In this document: positions 51,907 to 64,000 of the stretch, in pieces
Numbering within the stretch: position 1 is the first letter of the stretch
Layout of the letters: every line of letters starts with the position of its first letter
The notes under the pieces: generated by a model
What the model was told of the DNA's origin: nothing
What the model saw: only the letters and a program-made list of their open reading frames with translations
Databases searched by the model: none
Made by a program: the position numbers and the translations under genes
Source of the DNA: Iphione sp. A-MEVVRFRX5
Lineage: Eukaryota
DNA: 64,000 nucleotides
NCBI GenBank assembly: GCA_976226885.1
Contig: OZ320316.1
Location: forward strand, 97,464,001 to 97,528,000
Direction of reading: 5' to 3'

Positions 51907-54656
51907 TTAATCTAGATAGATATAACAAATCTTTATACATGTAAATACGTGTGCAGAGAGAGTCCTCGCTAAACTAGTCTTCAGCTGTCACCTATTCCTG
52001 CTCAAGATGAAATGAAAATAAATATCTTAGAATAATCCAGGCAACATGCTCAATAAGTGGAAACATCTATGACTAAAACTGAATTACGCCAACGTTTTAT
52101 TTTCTATTATTTTATGTTCATATGGAACAATTTCTTTATTCTTGAGAGAGATAAATAATAATAATAATTATGATTATTAATAATAAACAGCAAGTCGATA
52201 ATTTGCAGTCGTGGATGTGTATGGTGACCGATATCTGTTTTTGAGTGAAGTGAGGTTAGTCAACGAGATGGCACAGGACACGTGATATCATTAACTGCAC
52301 AAACCCATGAACTGGAGGCAAACATTTCAGGATAGAGGGTGATATAAAAGAGGATAGAGGGTGATATACTCTCTGCCGTGAGTGCACAATACTTAAATAT
52401 CATTGTCATAAAGTGCTGTTGTCATGGACACAGTGAAGGTAACTGTCCTAAATAACCTCGCCATGAGTATAACTTTGCTTGTTGGGACCACAGTCATGTA
52501 TATGTCATAGACAAAGCTTTCCTAAATACCATCATACTGATTATCGACTTCCTTAATGTCTTGATCAAACTGGAGATTGACACATTTGTTACAGTTACCT
52601 TCTGCTTGGAGTGGTGAACTTTCTGTGCGACAAGCTTTCTCTTATGAAAGATATCTTCAGGTTTCATCACCAAGAGACCGCCCAAAAGTGAGCTGCACAC
52701 TTTTATTGGCTGTAACTACAATTATATTGAAGTGTAGTATTACTATACCGATCACATAGTGAGCAGATAATAGTAAGTTCCCGAAGGTCAGTGTCACTAT
52801 GTGAATACGTCACCCTATTGACTGACATTATGTCAAGACACGACCGTACTTGGTTACCATGGAGACTCGGGAGCAAACATTGTAGCAGCGGCAGCAACAA
52901 CAGCAGCGTATGTATCAGACTCCTTATCTCACACAACGGTGACACCGCTATTCCCACAAACCCGACTGTTTGACCACTATCTCCATGACAATTATCTTAC
53001 CAGGAACTCGCTTATTTCTATCGGTTAATGGGTCGCCTTTATGGGTGCGACCTTTGGGATTAACTGATAGTTCGTTCCGACGTTATGTCGGAACTGTTTC
53101 AGGAGACGGTAATCTTATGGACAGAAAACCTCCTTTCTCCACAGTAACCGATGTAACTTTGGCTGAGTGTCTGATACATTGGACTGCTGTCTTTATACCG
53201 CCTACTCCTAGTCGAAATATAAGCAAACCTCTCATAACCCTATATAAAATACAGTTTTTTGGTCACACCATGAAACGTTTAGTCCGATTCGAGCCCTTCC
53301 AAGGGTATTTTCAAGTATCACTTTGGCCTATTATAATTGTTTTTATAATATACTATGTTTTATTCGGGCTTCTTCATGGCCCTTTATTAATTCATTTAAG
53401 GATCTCATAATCCAAACTTTAAACAAAAGATCTACATGAGAACAGCCTTACCGAGGTTTTCCCCCCAACCCCCCACACACATACAGAAAAGCCATGTGTT
53501 CTGTGTAACGCTTATCATTCTAGTCGCTGGTAGATTGTCCTTGTTCACCAGTTCGTAGCCATCACGGAGATAAAGCATGTTCTGTCCACAAGCATGTACA
53601 CACAGCAGTAAGAGAAAGGGACAGGGAAAAAATGGGCGTTGGTAAGGCGAACAAATGCTACTTTATTGTCATTTTGCTTTTTAATACTTGGTTCAAATAT
53701 CGTTCTGTTGAAAAAAAAAACCTTACTTTGAGAAGATTTGCCCATATGGCCGTGCTGCATAAAAACACGAATTAATTGAAAGAAACATTAATTCAAAGAT
53801 CAAATACTTCTCCTTGAATGCTCTGCTTTATCGATACAAATCAACGGCAAGTGCCTCATAAAAGGCTGTGTTTTTTTATTGATGTAGGCTTCGCTTTATG
53901 ATTCAACAAGGTAGGTTGTTAGTATGGCCAAGAGTGCCATATAACCCACTGACAAGGAAAATCTGGTAGGAAACAAAGAGCCAAAATGAGCAGCACTCCA
54001 TTATCAGCTGCCGTTGGTTAAAGGGTGCCCCTCAGACAGCCATTATCCTACAGAGGACACAATGCAGGAAGGAGATCTAGGTAAACTCACATTAGAGGAG
54101 GTAGTGTGTGTGTGTGTGAATGTGTGCAGGTACGTGTGTGTGTATTTCTGTACAAATGGACCAATTCCCCGATAAGTTGTAAGCAAATATATGGCCTGGA
54201 GGAGGTTGTTTGTGTGTATCCAGGTACTTGTGTGATGGTGTGTTACCTTACTACTTGGGACACAGGAGGAACTTTGTATACGGAAGTGGAGGTCCGCAGT
54301 AGCCGGAAATGCAGTCTTTATGTCCGTCAAAATGGGTGTCCGCTATGTCGGGTTGTCCATCAACAGGAATTCCACAGTATTCCTGTGTAGCCCGGACAAT
54401 TCACCAATAGGTTTTAAGCAAACATTTTTTTATAGTAGACAGGGTTTGTGTGTCCCTGTGCATATATGATAGTACATACATTACTATACAAATTAGAGAA
54501 TGCTGATGGGTTGTAAACAAATGTTCTCTAACTCCAAGTAAACAACAAGCCGCTGTAACCTCCAATACTGTCAGTTATACAGGTTTTGTCGGTTCATGAA
54601 GTAGGTCACAGTTTTAATTAAGACAACTGGTTCAACGCGAGCAATCTTGTCAGTAA

Positions 54657-55388
54657 GGCCTGGTTTCCATACTTGCATCACCATCTGGGTGTGTGACCAT
54701 GCATAACAGTGCATATTTTATGAACAAAGGCTTAACTACAGAGAGTGTTCCATATGTGTACGTCCATCCATGTGTGTGAGTGTGCATACAGTATGCGTGG
54801 TTTATTATTGGTACAATTCCACGCACATGCACAGTATATGCACAGCAGCATAGAGCAGGAGGCCTTTGAATCTGGTGTTGGCATGGCGATTTCTTCATAT
54901 TTCTTTACATTTCTTCACTTTTACTCACTTTCAGACATAGTACCACACAGTAATGCACATTTCTACACAATTTTTGCCATTATTTGGCCAATTTTTCATG
55001 TAATTTGCTGTTTTAAGCCACTTTTCCATGAAATAAGCCCTGTTTTTGTTGATTTCCCGTTAATAATTTGCCGTTTTCTTGGCTGATTTGTTTGAAATAA
55101 GCCGTTTGTTGGCTGATTTTCCATGAAATATGCTTTATTTTTGCTGTTTTTGCTGTTTTCATAATTGTAATTGTCTCTGTCCCATGTGTATGTATGTATG
55201 TATGAATGTATGTACATAAGTATGTATGTATGTTGGTTGGTCATTTTACACACTCTCCCTCACTGTCCTTCATGGATGATGAAGGACACCCCTGTGCATT
55301 AAAGTGTGTGTAAAAAAGCACACATGAACATGTACACTATAAGCACATGCATGGTCATGCATGTTTTCATGTGTATGGAAATCAGGCC
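54657..55388. mobile_element. PIF/Harbinger MITE (732 bp)
   Basis: TAA|GGCCTGGTTTCCATAC ... GTATGGAAATCAGGCC|TAA, 15/16 TIR match. Confidence 0.75.
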
Positions 55389-55895
55389 TAAATGCAGTTT
55401 GTCAGTTGTTACTGCATTGGCTACAGAGTGGAGACCACATACACCTATGATAAAGTAGTATATGGGTGCCCGTCTACATGTGCTGATGTGTGTATTATGA
55501 GATAGATAGGTTATTTGTAACACAGATAGGTAATTCACCTGTGTTAAAATGCCACGTGTAAAAATATAAAGTCATGGTATAGCTTTTGATGTGATTTTAT
55601 GAGAATATATGGTGCCCCCTCAAAAAAAACAAATTGTTTCTTTTGTGTTGCCAAAAGGGTGTACATGTTGCCTATAGATGATATTGTGGCGAACATGTCT
55701 TAATTGTATACAATCTATGGTCTCGGGACTCAATATAGCTATTTATAGTACTGATTATACTGTGATGAGCGTGATAATTACCTAATTATACTTTGGATAA
55801 TTGTCAGAATATCAAGTTTGAATGCATGTTATTGAGCATGGGGTTAAACAAATAACCTTAATGGTAATATTTTGTTCTTCTATTGTCATGTTGTA

Positions 55896-56066
55896 CAGTG
55901 GTCCCTCCTTAACCGACGATCTTATGACCAACAATACTGCTTCTCTGACAAAGATTTCAAAAACCAAATGTGGAAAATCAATTGAAAATGTTTCCAAATC
56001 CAACACATCTCATACATCCGACAAAATTTTAAGGAACCAAAAATGTTGGATATTGGGGGACCACGG
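55896..56066. mobile_element. Short Tc1/pogo-type MITE
   Basis: TA|CAGTGGTCCC ... GGGACCACGG|TA imperfect TIR. Confidence 0.55.
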
Positions 56067-57389
56067 TATATAACTGGGGAGCTCCCAGTATCTTGTCAGA
56101 CTTGCCAACCTGTTGTCAACAACTGTATGACCTTCTACAATAAATCGAAGTTGAACAAGAAAAACTTGGCGTGGTGTATACCTAACTTTGTTACATGGTT
56201 CCCTGATGGCTTGTAAGGAAGCAGTCTCTGGAGAAAGTGGTTGGTGTTTCTCCCTAGAGGAGATTGTATGCGTGTGTTCTCATGCATATTCTCTGTGTAG
56301 AAGTGTGTTTCTGAGTGAGTGTGTTTGTGCACAGGTTCATCTATAATCACTTTATATATAGGACATATTACTGATGGGACCTTAGGTTTTGAAGGGGATG
56401 GCGTTTGTCTGTGCTTCTTGTATGTAGGCCTATCTATCAATATTTGTGGATATTATTGTGCATGAGAGATATTCCTCTATGTAACCAGGAATTATGAGTA
56501 GACACCAGCAAATGGCGATCAGTGTTTGTCTGTATGCGTATACTTTTGTGTCTTTGTTAGGTATTGTCAGTGTAGGCTTACTGAGCCTTGTATGTCTGTG
56601 TGTTTACTCGATGCATGTGCTGGGATACTCTAAACATACGTAAGGTTTCAGGCTGGCATGTATGAAAGTGTATGCCAAATAATGTTGGTCCATAATAGGA
56701 AATAGTACCATGCAATATCATTTATAGCACATGGATGAGTTTGTGTACTAGGTTTTTCATTTCATTTCATTTCATTGTATCTTTCACCAGGAATATATTC
56801 ACCTATCATACGACAGGGATCCTCCATATCCTCTTGGGTATATTAATTATTATATAATAAATACAAAGTACAAGGCAACATAACGCAATAATCTTAAGAT
56901 GGTAGCCAATATTGGTTCAGTTTTTTAGCATTGAAATATAATATAAAGAGACGATGCCTAACAAAATTGCTAAAAAATTAAAACACTTAACATGTAGAAG
57001 CATTGAGATACATAATGCAACCATTTTTATGCACCCTTTGACTAAGAACAGGGTTCCAGGTTACAAAGTTGGCAGCCACCATGGATATTGCATAGGATCA
57101 CCATGAAGTACAAAGCTTTTTTTAATTTTGGAATTACGATAAAGCAAATATAATGTGTTTAGATTAAGGTAAATCTTGCCTTTAACAAGTCCTTGAAATT
57201 GAGACCTGGTCAGGTACTCGATCCCAACACACAATACCAGTTTTCTCATAGAATATGTATAAACAAAAGTGTGTTGCCATGTATGATGAACATGTTGCAT
57301 ACACATACTCACATACCAGGAAAAAAAGGTGTGAAGCTAATATTTGTGCTAAGTTGAGAGAAAGCCTCATGCAATAATGAGTAACGAAT

Positions 57390-57851
57390 TATAATACACC
57401 AGATGTGATCTGGATGTATCATTAGATGTATTATTAGATGAAGATAATGATGTTACAATATGCTTACACAGTAATGAGAACCGAAACTATAATACACCAG
57501 ATGTGATCTGGATGTATAATTAGAATAGGTTGATATGGAGCTGAATTTCTACTAGCAACATACTAATCACTAGATGATACCTATAGCTCTATCACTAGAT
57601 GATACCTATAGCTCTACAATCCATAAATAACAATATTTACAAGGTTTATATTACTAATTAGAGGTATATTGTACTAATGCACCAGATGTTATCTGGATGC
57701 ATACTAGGGTGATCATGTTCAGTCCTAAAAGGATTATTATTAGAATTATAACTTAACACCCCTATATACAGTTATCGGGACCTATCAGATGCAGTCTTAT
57801 CTTAGATGTATGTAGTATCAATGCACCTGATGTTATCTGGATGCATACTGG
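57390..57851. repeat. Four spaced copies of an ~28-bp palindromic repeat
   Basis: aat(a/g)cacc(a/t)gatgt(g/t)atctggatg at 57393, 57491, 57676, 57820. Confidence 0.85.
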
Positions 57852-59570
57852 AACTTATGGACTTAAAGACTATTTGAAGGGAAAGCTGACTGCTGCAATT
57901 AAAACAACGTAAGAAGGATTCTGAATGTGATTCGGAAGAAAACTATGCTAGCTCTAATATGAATTCTGAATGTTATTCAGTAAGGATTGTATATTATTCA
58001 ATGTACTTTGTTAAAGTACACCTAAATTTGACAATACTTAAATATCTGATTTATGTGGAAGTATTTAAAGAATGGATGATTGACAAGATCAAGCTGGAAA
58101 AAAGCACAACTGTGTAAATTTTCAGGGTAAATAAACTAGTTCAAAAAAAATACTCTGCGAAAGGCCATAGGCACACACGAGCCGCAGAGTAGCTATTATG
58201 TGTGTTTGTCCAAGAGCCTAGGTCTGTAGGTCCAGGACAACATATCGTAGCAGTACAAGTAGCCTTGTGAAATTTGCGAGGGCTGACTCAGTACTGGTTG
58301 GGAGGACGTTGTATACATGAATAAGAGCGATAATATAGGAACTACATGTCCGCAGAGATATGAACTAGGCCAGTCGTCTTGAATGATTACAAACTAATAT
58401 TTATGAAAGACAAAATATTTTGTGAGCGTTCTCGACCAGACATAGATACGTTATTTGTGAAGACAGTGAAAGCGTGTTTATTGTGAAGCAGGCTTGGAGA
58501 ATGCAAAAGAAATTTATGCAAAGTTGCTCCAAGCTAGGTTACAAGGTTGGCTGTACCATACGAGGCCAAAGGCCGAGCGTGGTACAGCCGCTTGAGCCCA
58601 AAACATACACTGTTACTGTAATGGTTGGTACATGTATTTTGTCTTTGTACAGTTGGAGTTTGATATATTCATTGAATGAACTTTGGCCATGTACCACGCA
58701 GGAGTATGCTACACAGCTGCGTACACCTGTCAGAAGGTAGTATGCTGCCAGGTGTACTGCATGGGGGAATGATAAATGTATGGGAGATGTGAGCACAAGG
58801 TATACTACTAGGGTAACATGCACTGTCTATATAACTCCGGCTGGTGTGAATGTATCGAATAGGTGTGGTATGAATATAGGGATGAATTAATGTCCTCTGC
58901 TTATGCAGCCATTACGATTAAGGCCAAGTGCAGGGCGGCCTTATGCTAGGTAGTGTCGACGAAAGCATTTATGTGTTTCTCTGTGTGTGTAACTCTGAGC
59001 GCGATGAGCATGACTCAATCGTGCACGAAGAAGCCGGACGGCAGCTACTGCCCCACCCATTCAGCCGCTAACAGCCCCGCCCACCCCCTCCTCCCTGCTA
59101 CAGCTTATCAGTCTGTAATCAGTAGATTTCCTGTCTAATCTGTTTACCTTGTGGTTATGAGGGAGAGTACATACACACATGTCCACTGCCCATGCGCAAA
59201 TCGACCTCGGCCAGCCAAGCTGCGCATGCTTACTTCCTTATCGGTCGCCATTAGTGGTCACGAGCAGCGCCCCCTTGTTTGTCGTCCCTGATCACGAGCG
59301 ACTCTCGTAGCCACGTGACCTCACATACTACGACCTGTATTATCGTCCATGGAGATGGCTCTCGAGATGTCGAGCTGTTTTGTGGTTGATACTGGGCAGA
59401 AACTGTCTCCTAATTTCCATCAAGAAGTTTCTCTCATCTTTTCTCTCTGTTTCATATGGGACCACATACATCGGTAACCGATCCTTCTATTATTGCTCGA
59501 TCTGCATCTCTTTCCCATCCGTTTTTGTTCTGCAGTGCGTTTCTCTTTTTCCTCCCTCCTTTCTCCCCCT

Positions 59571-59573
<3 letters not shown>

Positions 59574-59611
<38 letters not shown>
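59574..59611. repeat. (CT)n microsatellite
   Basis: Read directly from sequence. Confidence 0.95.
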
Positions 59612-59613
<2 letters not shown>

Positions 59614-60372
59614 CCCCTCTCTCGTCCATGCCTCTTCTCTCTCCACGTACTCTTTCCTCCTCGCCTCCCATAAACCAATTTACATTTTCCGGCTGGTATT
59701 CGGCCGGTTTATGGCTTCCTCCTCATATCTCCCCTTTCCTCACCCTCATGAAGATTGGAGCCATAATACGACGGAAAGAAGAAAAGCAAAAGGAGCCACC
59801 CAAACGGACCATGTGTTTATCAAACAACGAAAAAAAGGTCTAGTAGGTGAGATATTAGAAAAAAAGAGGAAAGTGTCAGGAGGAAATTTTCAGAAGGAAC
59901 AAGACCACGGAAAACACAGGACAGTAAATTTTGTGTGCATATGTATTTATGTTCTGAGGAGACTCCCATGAGATTACCAAGTAGCGCACACACATTTGAG
60001 GGTTTGCGTGGCTGCCTGCTACCTCATTTTACCTGGCCATCATATTGGACTTTCCACCAATAAAAAAACGGTGTTTCCCACCTAAGTCATGTAATACATC
60101 ACATTACGTTATACATGTGTACCTCTCTTAACGAATCCACTGGGAACATCGCCTCTATATCTTATATATCTCTATAGCTTTATATAGCTCTACAAGAGAA
60201 AAAGTCCATCGGATTTACTTCGTTAAGAGAGGTAAATGTGTATTGGCTTTGTAGCCACTGGGTGATACGTCAGTCGCTATCTAGTTATTCAAGGTATAAT
60301 GGATTGTTCTGGCCAAGTGAAGTCTCAGTTTATTCAAGACTTGTTACGACAACGTACAAGGATTGTACTTAC

Positions 60373-61321
60373 CTGCCCAGTTAGCTTTCCATTGATGTGC
60401 GTGAGACTTGGTCGTTTTCATCCAGGGAAAGTGCAATGCAGGCTGGCCACTGTTGGTGTCGTTATTGTTGTTGTTGCTGCTGTTGTTGCCACTGTTTTTG
60501 TTATTGTCATGGTGACGTAACTGCTGGTGGGCGGGAGGAGGGTGGGTCGCGGTGCCCTGGAGAGGGCCTTGAGACAGTCCCATGACCTGACCCGGAAGTA
60601 CAAGCGAGGAGGTGGACGGGGTGGTGTTTGGCCCGGCCGCATGATGGTGTTGGTGGTGGTGATGGTGGTGCAGGGGGTGATGGTAGCCTTGTTGTTGGTG
60701 GTGATGGTGGTGCTGATGATGTTGGTGTTGGCCTTGATGCGGTTGGTGATGTGGATTGGCGTGCATGTGGGTCATTGGGTGGCCCATGTGGGCCGGATGG
60801 GGTTGGCCCATGGGATGAGCCGACGGGGCAAGGCTGACGTTGACAGAGAGATGGTGTGTACCTGCCATCCCGCCACCACCACCACCTCCTCCTCCGCCTC
60901 CTGTTCCACCTCCTCCTGTGGCCCCAGCTCCAGGCCCGGCGGCCTGTATGTCCTGAGGTCCTACCAGACCTATGCCTCCCCCCTGCTGCTCCACTACAGA
61001 CATGGGCTGGGCCCCATAACCCGCCATAATGCTACTTTTCCCGCCATACACACAAGTCGACGAGCTCTGACCATACCCGCCCAGCGCCGCAGCCGCTGCC
61101 GCTGCTGCAGCAGCGGCCGCAGCGGCGGCCGACGCTGAGGGGCCCGACGACGACGATACCGAGGAAGAAGAGGAAGAGGAAGAGGTCGTCGGAGCGGAAG
61201 TTCCCGATGATTCAACGGAAGTCTGATGATGGAAGGAGGAGACGTAGTCTCTATGGTGATGATGGTGGTGGTGGCCGAACATGGTCGGCGCGTGCGCGTA
61301 GTACTGTCCGGCGCCGTCCAT
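60373..61321 (-). CDS. Xlox: Xlox/Pdx ParaHox transcription factor, coding exon 1
   Basis: ATG at 61321 gives MDGAGQYYAHA, like the PDX1 N-terminus MNGEEQYY. Exon ends LHFPWMKTTKSHAHQWKANWA-G at donor GCAG|GTAAGT (intron starts 60372), matching the Xlox-class extended hexapeptide FPWMKxTKxHAxxWKxxW. 949 nt, phase 1. Contains poly-His, -Ala(15), -Gly, -Ser and -Asn tracts. Confidence 0.95.
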
Positions 61322-62399
61322 GCCGCCGCCGCCGCCGCCTCCCACGGACGCTCCCGCCGAAGCCGCGGCCAGGTACGTCGACGTGTTCCCTTTCAACGTC
61401 CTGGCGGTGATGTTTCCGTTTCCTGTATTACCTCCTCTAACTTCTGATGCCCCTCTCCGATTGTTTGTACCGCGCTGTTGCGGCTCTCCTGCTTCTACTT
61501 CCGTCGTTGAGGACAACGAAGCCGGCGACGACGACGACGACGAGAACGCAGACGCTCGATCAGGGTGCGGCGGGCTGGAATGATCAGACGGTGGAGTGTG
61601 AGAAGGAGACGGGGCTATGACCAGTGGTGGCCGCCTGTGACTGGGTGGGTAGGTGGGCGGGTGGGTGGTAAAGAAGAAGGTAAGGTGAGTGATAAGTATC
61701 AGTGAGAGTAGTAGTTGCTGAAGGTAGTAGGGTCGATAATTACTAGCTCGCCGGAGGCATCTAGGTCTGTGAGATGTACTGCTAAGGACAGAAAAGGCGA
61801 GGGAGGGTGGGGCAGAACGAGAACATATTCTATGTTAATATATTGAAAGGTCGTGCTAACCTGTACCGTGACTGAGCTGTCCAGCACTGTAGCCCTGATG
61901 AAGAGGGTATACTCTCCTTCTCTATAATATGGAGGGAGTGGACCTACGTGCCTGTTACGTAAACAGGAACAAGAGTGTATACAGTCCCAGACGTAAAGGA
62001 TATATTTTCCTATTGTCCATATATTGTGATGAAAAGGGAAAGTGTAGGCTCCTTTACAGTAGTAAGGAGGGAGAAAATGCTCTGTCCTAAACCCGAGTGA
62101 GGAGGGGTGACGCGTCCCTGTCCCGTACTGTTGTGCTGAGGGAGAGGGCGCCCTGTGCCCTACGGAAGGCTTGCAACTCCCTAGGATCCAAAGTGTGACT
62201 GAGGCGTGAAGGCAGTGAGTGTTGGGGCCCCACACTGCTCACCCCCTCCCACTTCCCAGCCTCCCAGCCTTCCAGCCTCCCGCCTCAGTCAAGCTTCCTA
62301 GAAACTGAAACCCCCGGCTCGCAATCGTTCGCCATCGACCCCCTGAGACTCCACTCCACTCTTCATTGCGATCCACCTTCTCGCTTTCCCTCCTCCTCC

Positions 62400-62620
62400 T
62401 CCTCTAACCAATCACCCATATCCCCCCCACCGTCCTAAATGGTACAGCCCCACCCACCCTCCATACTCTCCAGGCCTCCTTCCCCTCCCTCACTTGCCAG
62501 CCCTCCAGTTACCCCTTCCCACCTTCCCTCCCGCCCACCAATACCAAGATCGGACGTCGGCGTTCATATGTCAAGCTTCCAATCGGCTTCGGGATAATTA
62601 GTCATGTGACCAATGGGAAG
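62400..62620 (-). promoter_or_regulatory. Candidate Xlox proximal promoter
   Basis: Four CCAAT boxes (62408, 62538, 62579, 62610), GC box CCGCCC (62531), TAATTA (62595) abutting the USF-type E-box GTCATGTGAC (62601-62610). TSS not determinable. Confidence 0.45.
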
Positions 62621-64000
62621 TGGAGACGGGGTGGGAGGGTGGTACGTGCGAGGAGGGAGCAGTCTAGGGGGATTGACACTGCCTGGAGGCTTGCTGTGTT
62701 CCTATAAGGAAGAGAGTCACATTTTAAGGAGCCAGAGGAGGAGGGCAGTCTGAAAGGAGAGGACAGGAGGAGGAGGAGAAGGAGCAGGACCAAGAGGGAA
62801 TAGAGACAAGAGGAGGTAGGATGATGGCAGAGATAGAGAACAATGAATATATTTACTGGGGATAATATAGAGAGGAGGAGGGTTTGAAGGAAAAAGGTAA
62901 GACAGAGAAAGGGACATAGGAAAAGGCCGACAGACGAGTATCCAATGGAAAGTATACAGACATCAAGAGGGATGAATAATATAGGTGTCAATAATAGGTA
63001 ATATACGTAAATGCACATGTATATTAGGGCTAAGTTTAAAGAAAGAAATATGCACACCAAGCAAGAACCAATAACTCTAATATAGGATGAATTATGAATA
63101 ATATGAGGAGGGAGGAGCCAATTCATGTAAATACATGACTTACATTATTAGGAGATCTAATAGAAGGCGGGGGTAGTGACTACAGTGTACTTAAGCTACA
63201 TGTACGGCAAGATAAAAAAGGAAAAAAAATTGTACAAGACAGATGATTAGGGGTACAGCAGTAATGAATAGTCCAAGATATATTAGTTTGTTATAAATTA
63301 TTAGTAAAGCAGAAAAGCAGAAAGGACTAATAGTTTGAAGTTTATCGGTGGGACTAGAGGTAGAAAGGCACAGACAAATGTCAGGTTTATTATGAAAAGC
63401 ATAGTAGTAGAACAGAAAGGCTATAGTCCAATAGATTAGTAGCGAGACAACAGTAATGGGGGGGGGGTTAATTTTAGGTGGATAATAAGGCATGCAGCTG
63501 TAGGGTAAGAATGGATTATCTTATGCAGATTACTAGGGAGAATGCGCTGTAACCGCAGGAGGAGGTAATCTGGGCTTCAAGAGGAATGTTGGCACTAAAT
63601 GTTTAAGGACAATTCCATATAAACGTTACTTGAAAAAAGCATTGTTGCAAATCTTTAAAAGGAGAGGCCTGGTACACATGTAGCTTACCACTTTTCCATC
63701 TAGACACATGTAAACATTGATTACGTTCTCACACAACGACATCCTGTTATGAAGTGGGTTATCATTTTTCCGAACAAACAGGCAGCATATACATTCAGCC
63801 CTGATCTATTGCCCTCCTTCCCTCCTTTAACCGGATATCCGCATTTGCAGGACAAAATATAATGTGCAATCAGGCCATACACCGTTATAAGCACATGTAG
63901 TTTCAGGGAGCCAATCCCTGTGTTATCAAGCCTCACCACAATGCACTGTTTCGGTTGATGAGGAATAAATCCAAATGTATTTTGTTCCCATTAGTTAGGA

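Larger units (their letters stand above)
28762..60372 (-). other. Xlox: Xlox GT-AG intron, 31,611 nt, phase 1, between hexapeptide and homeobox
   Basis: Canonical donor and acceptor. Position matches the conserved Hox/ParaHox intron. Reading frame is restored across the junction. Confidence 0.9.

Noticed and set aside
53074-53094. Helitron 3' hairpin
   Set aside because: No CTRR terminus at the expected distance on either strand.
57390-57851. CRISPR array
   Set aside because: Animal intron, uneven 70-155 nt spacers, no cas genes.
61514-61516. ORF-track start of Xlox at 61516
   Set aside because: It is TTG. The first in-frame ATG (61321) gives the PDX-like MDGxxQYY N-terminus.
61699-63126. 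ORFs 61699-62235 and 62602-63126
   Set aside because: No splice or domain support, low-complexity composition, and they lie in the presumed promoter/UTR.
1-64000. Frequent TACATGTA palindrome
   Set aside because: Dispersed throughout the window as a background feature, with no local structure tied to Xlox.

Overview
Draft-assembly window from a bilaterian invertebrate, probably a spiralian/lophotrochozoan (inferred from the Xlox peptide), with three N gaps and many microsatellites. The main feature is a complete two-exon ParaHox gene, Xlox (Pdx1 orthologue), on the minus strand. Exon 1 is 61321-60373 (MDGAGQYY start, FPWMK hexapeptide) and exon 2 is 28761-28097 (homeodomain with diagnostic His44), giving a 537 aa product. 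The exons are separated by a 31,611-nt phase-1 intron. The intron holds several CpG-rich, motif-dense islands: a perfect DR5 RARE-type element, repeated NR5A-type TCAAGGTCA sites, TALE/Hox and FoxA/GATA sites. It also holds a 5'-truncated LINE RT with an uninterrupted ORF, several MITEs, minisatellites, and a GC-rich segment almost open on both strands. About 8.5 kb past the Xlox stop an unidentified spliced gene with a very acidic N-terminus begins on the minus strand, behind CTCF-like motifs. I found no Cdx or Gsx homeobox, rRNA, tRNA or true CRISPR array. All regulatory calls are motif-level only.
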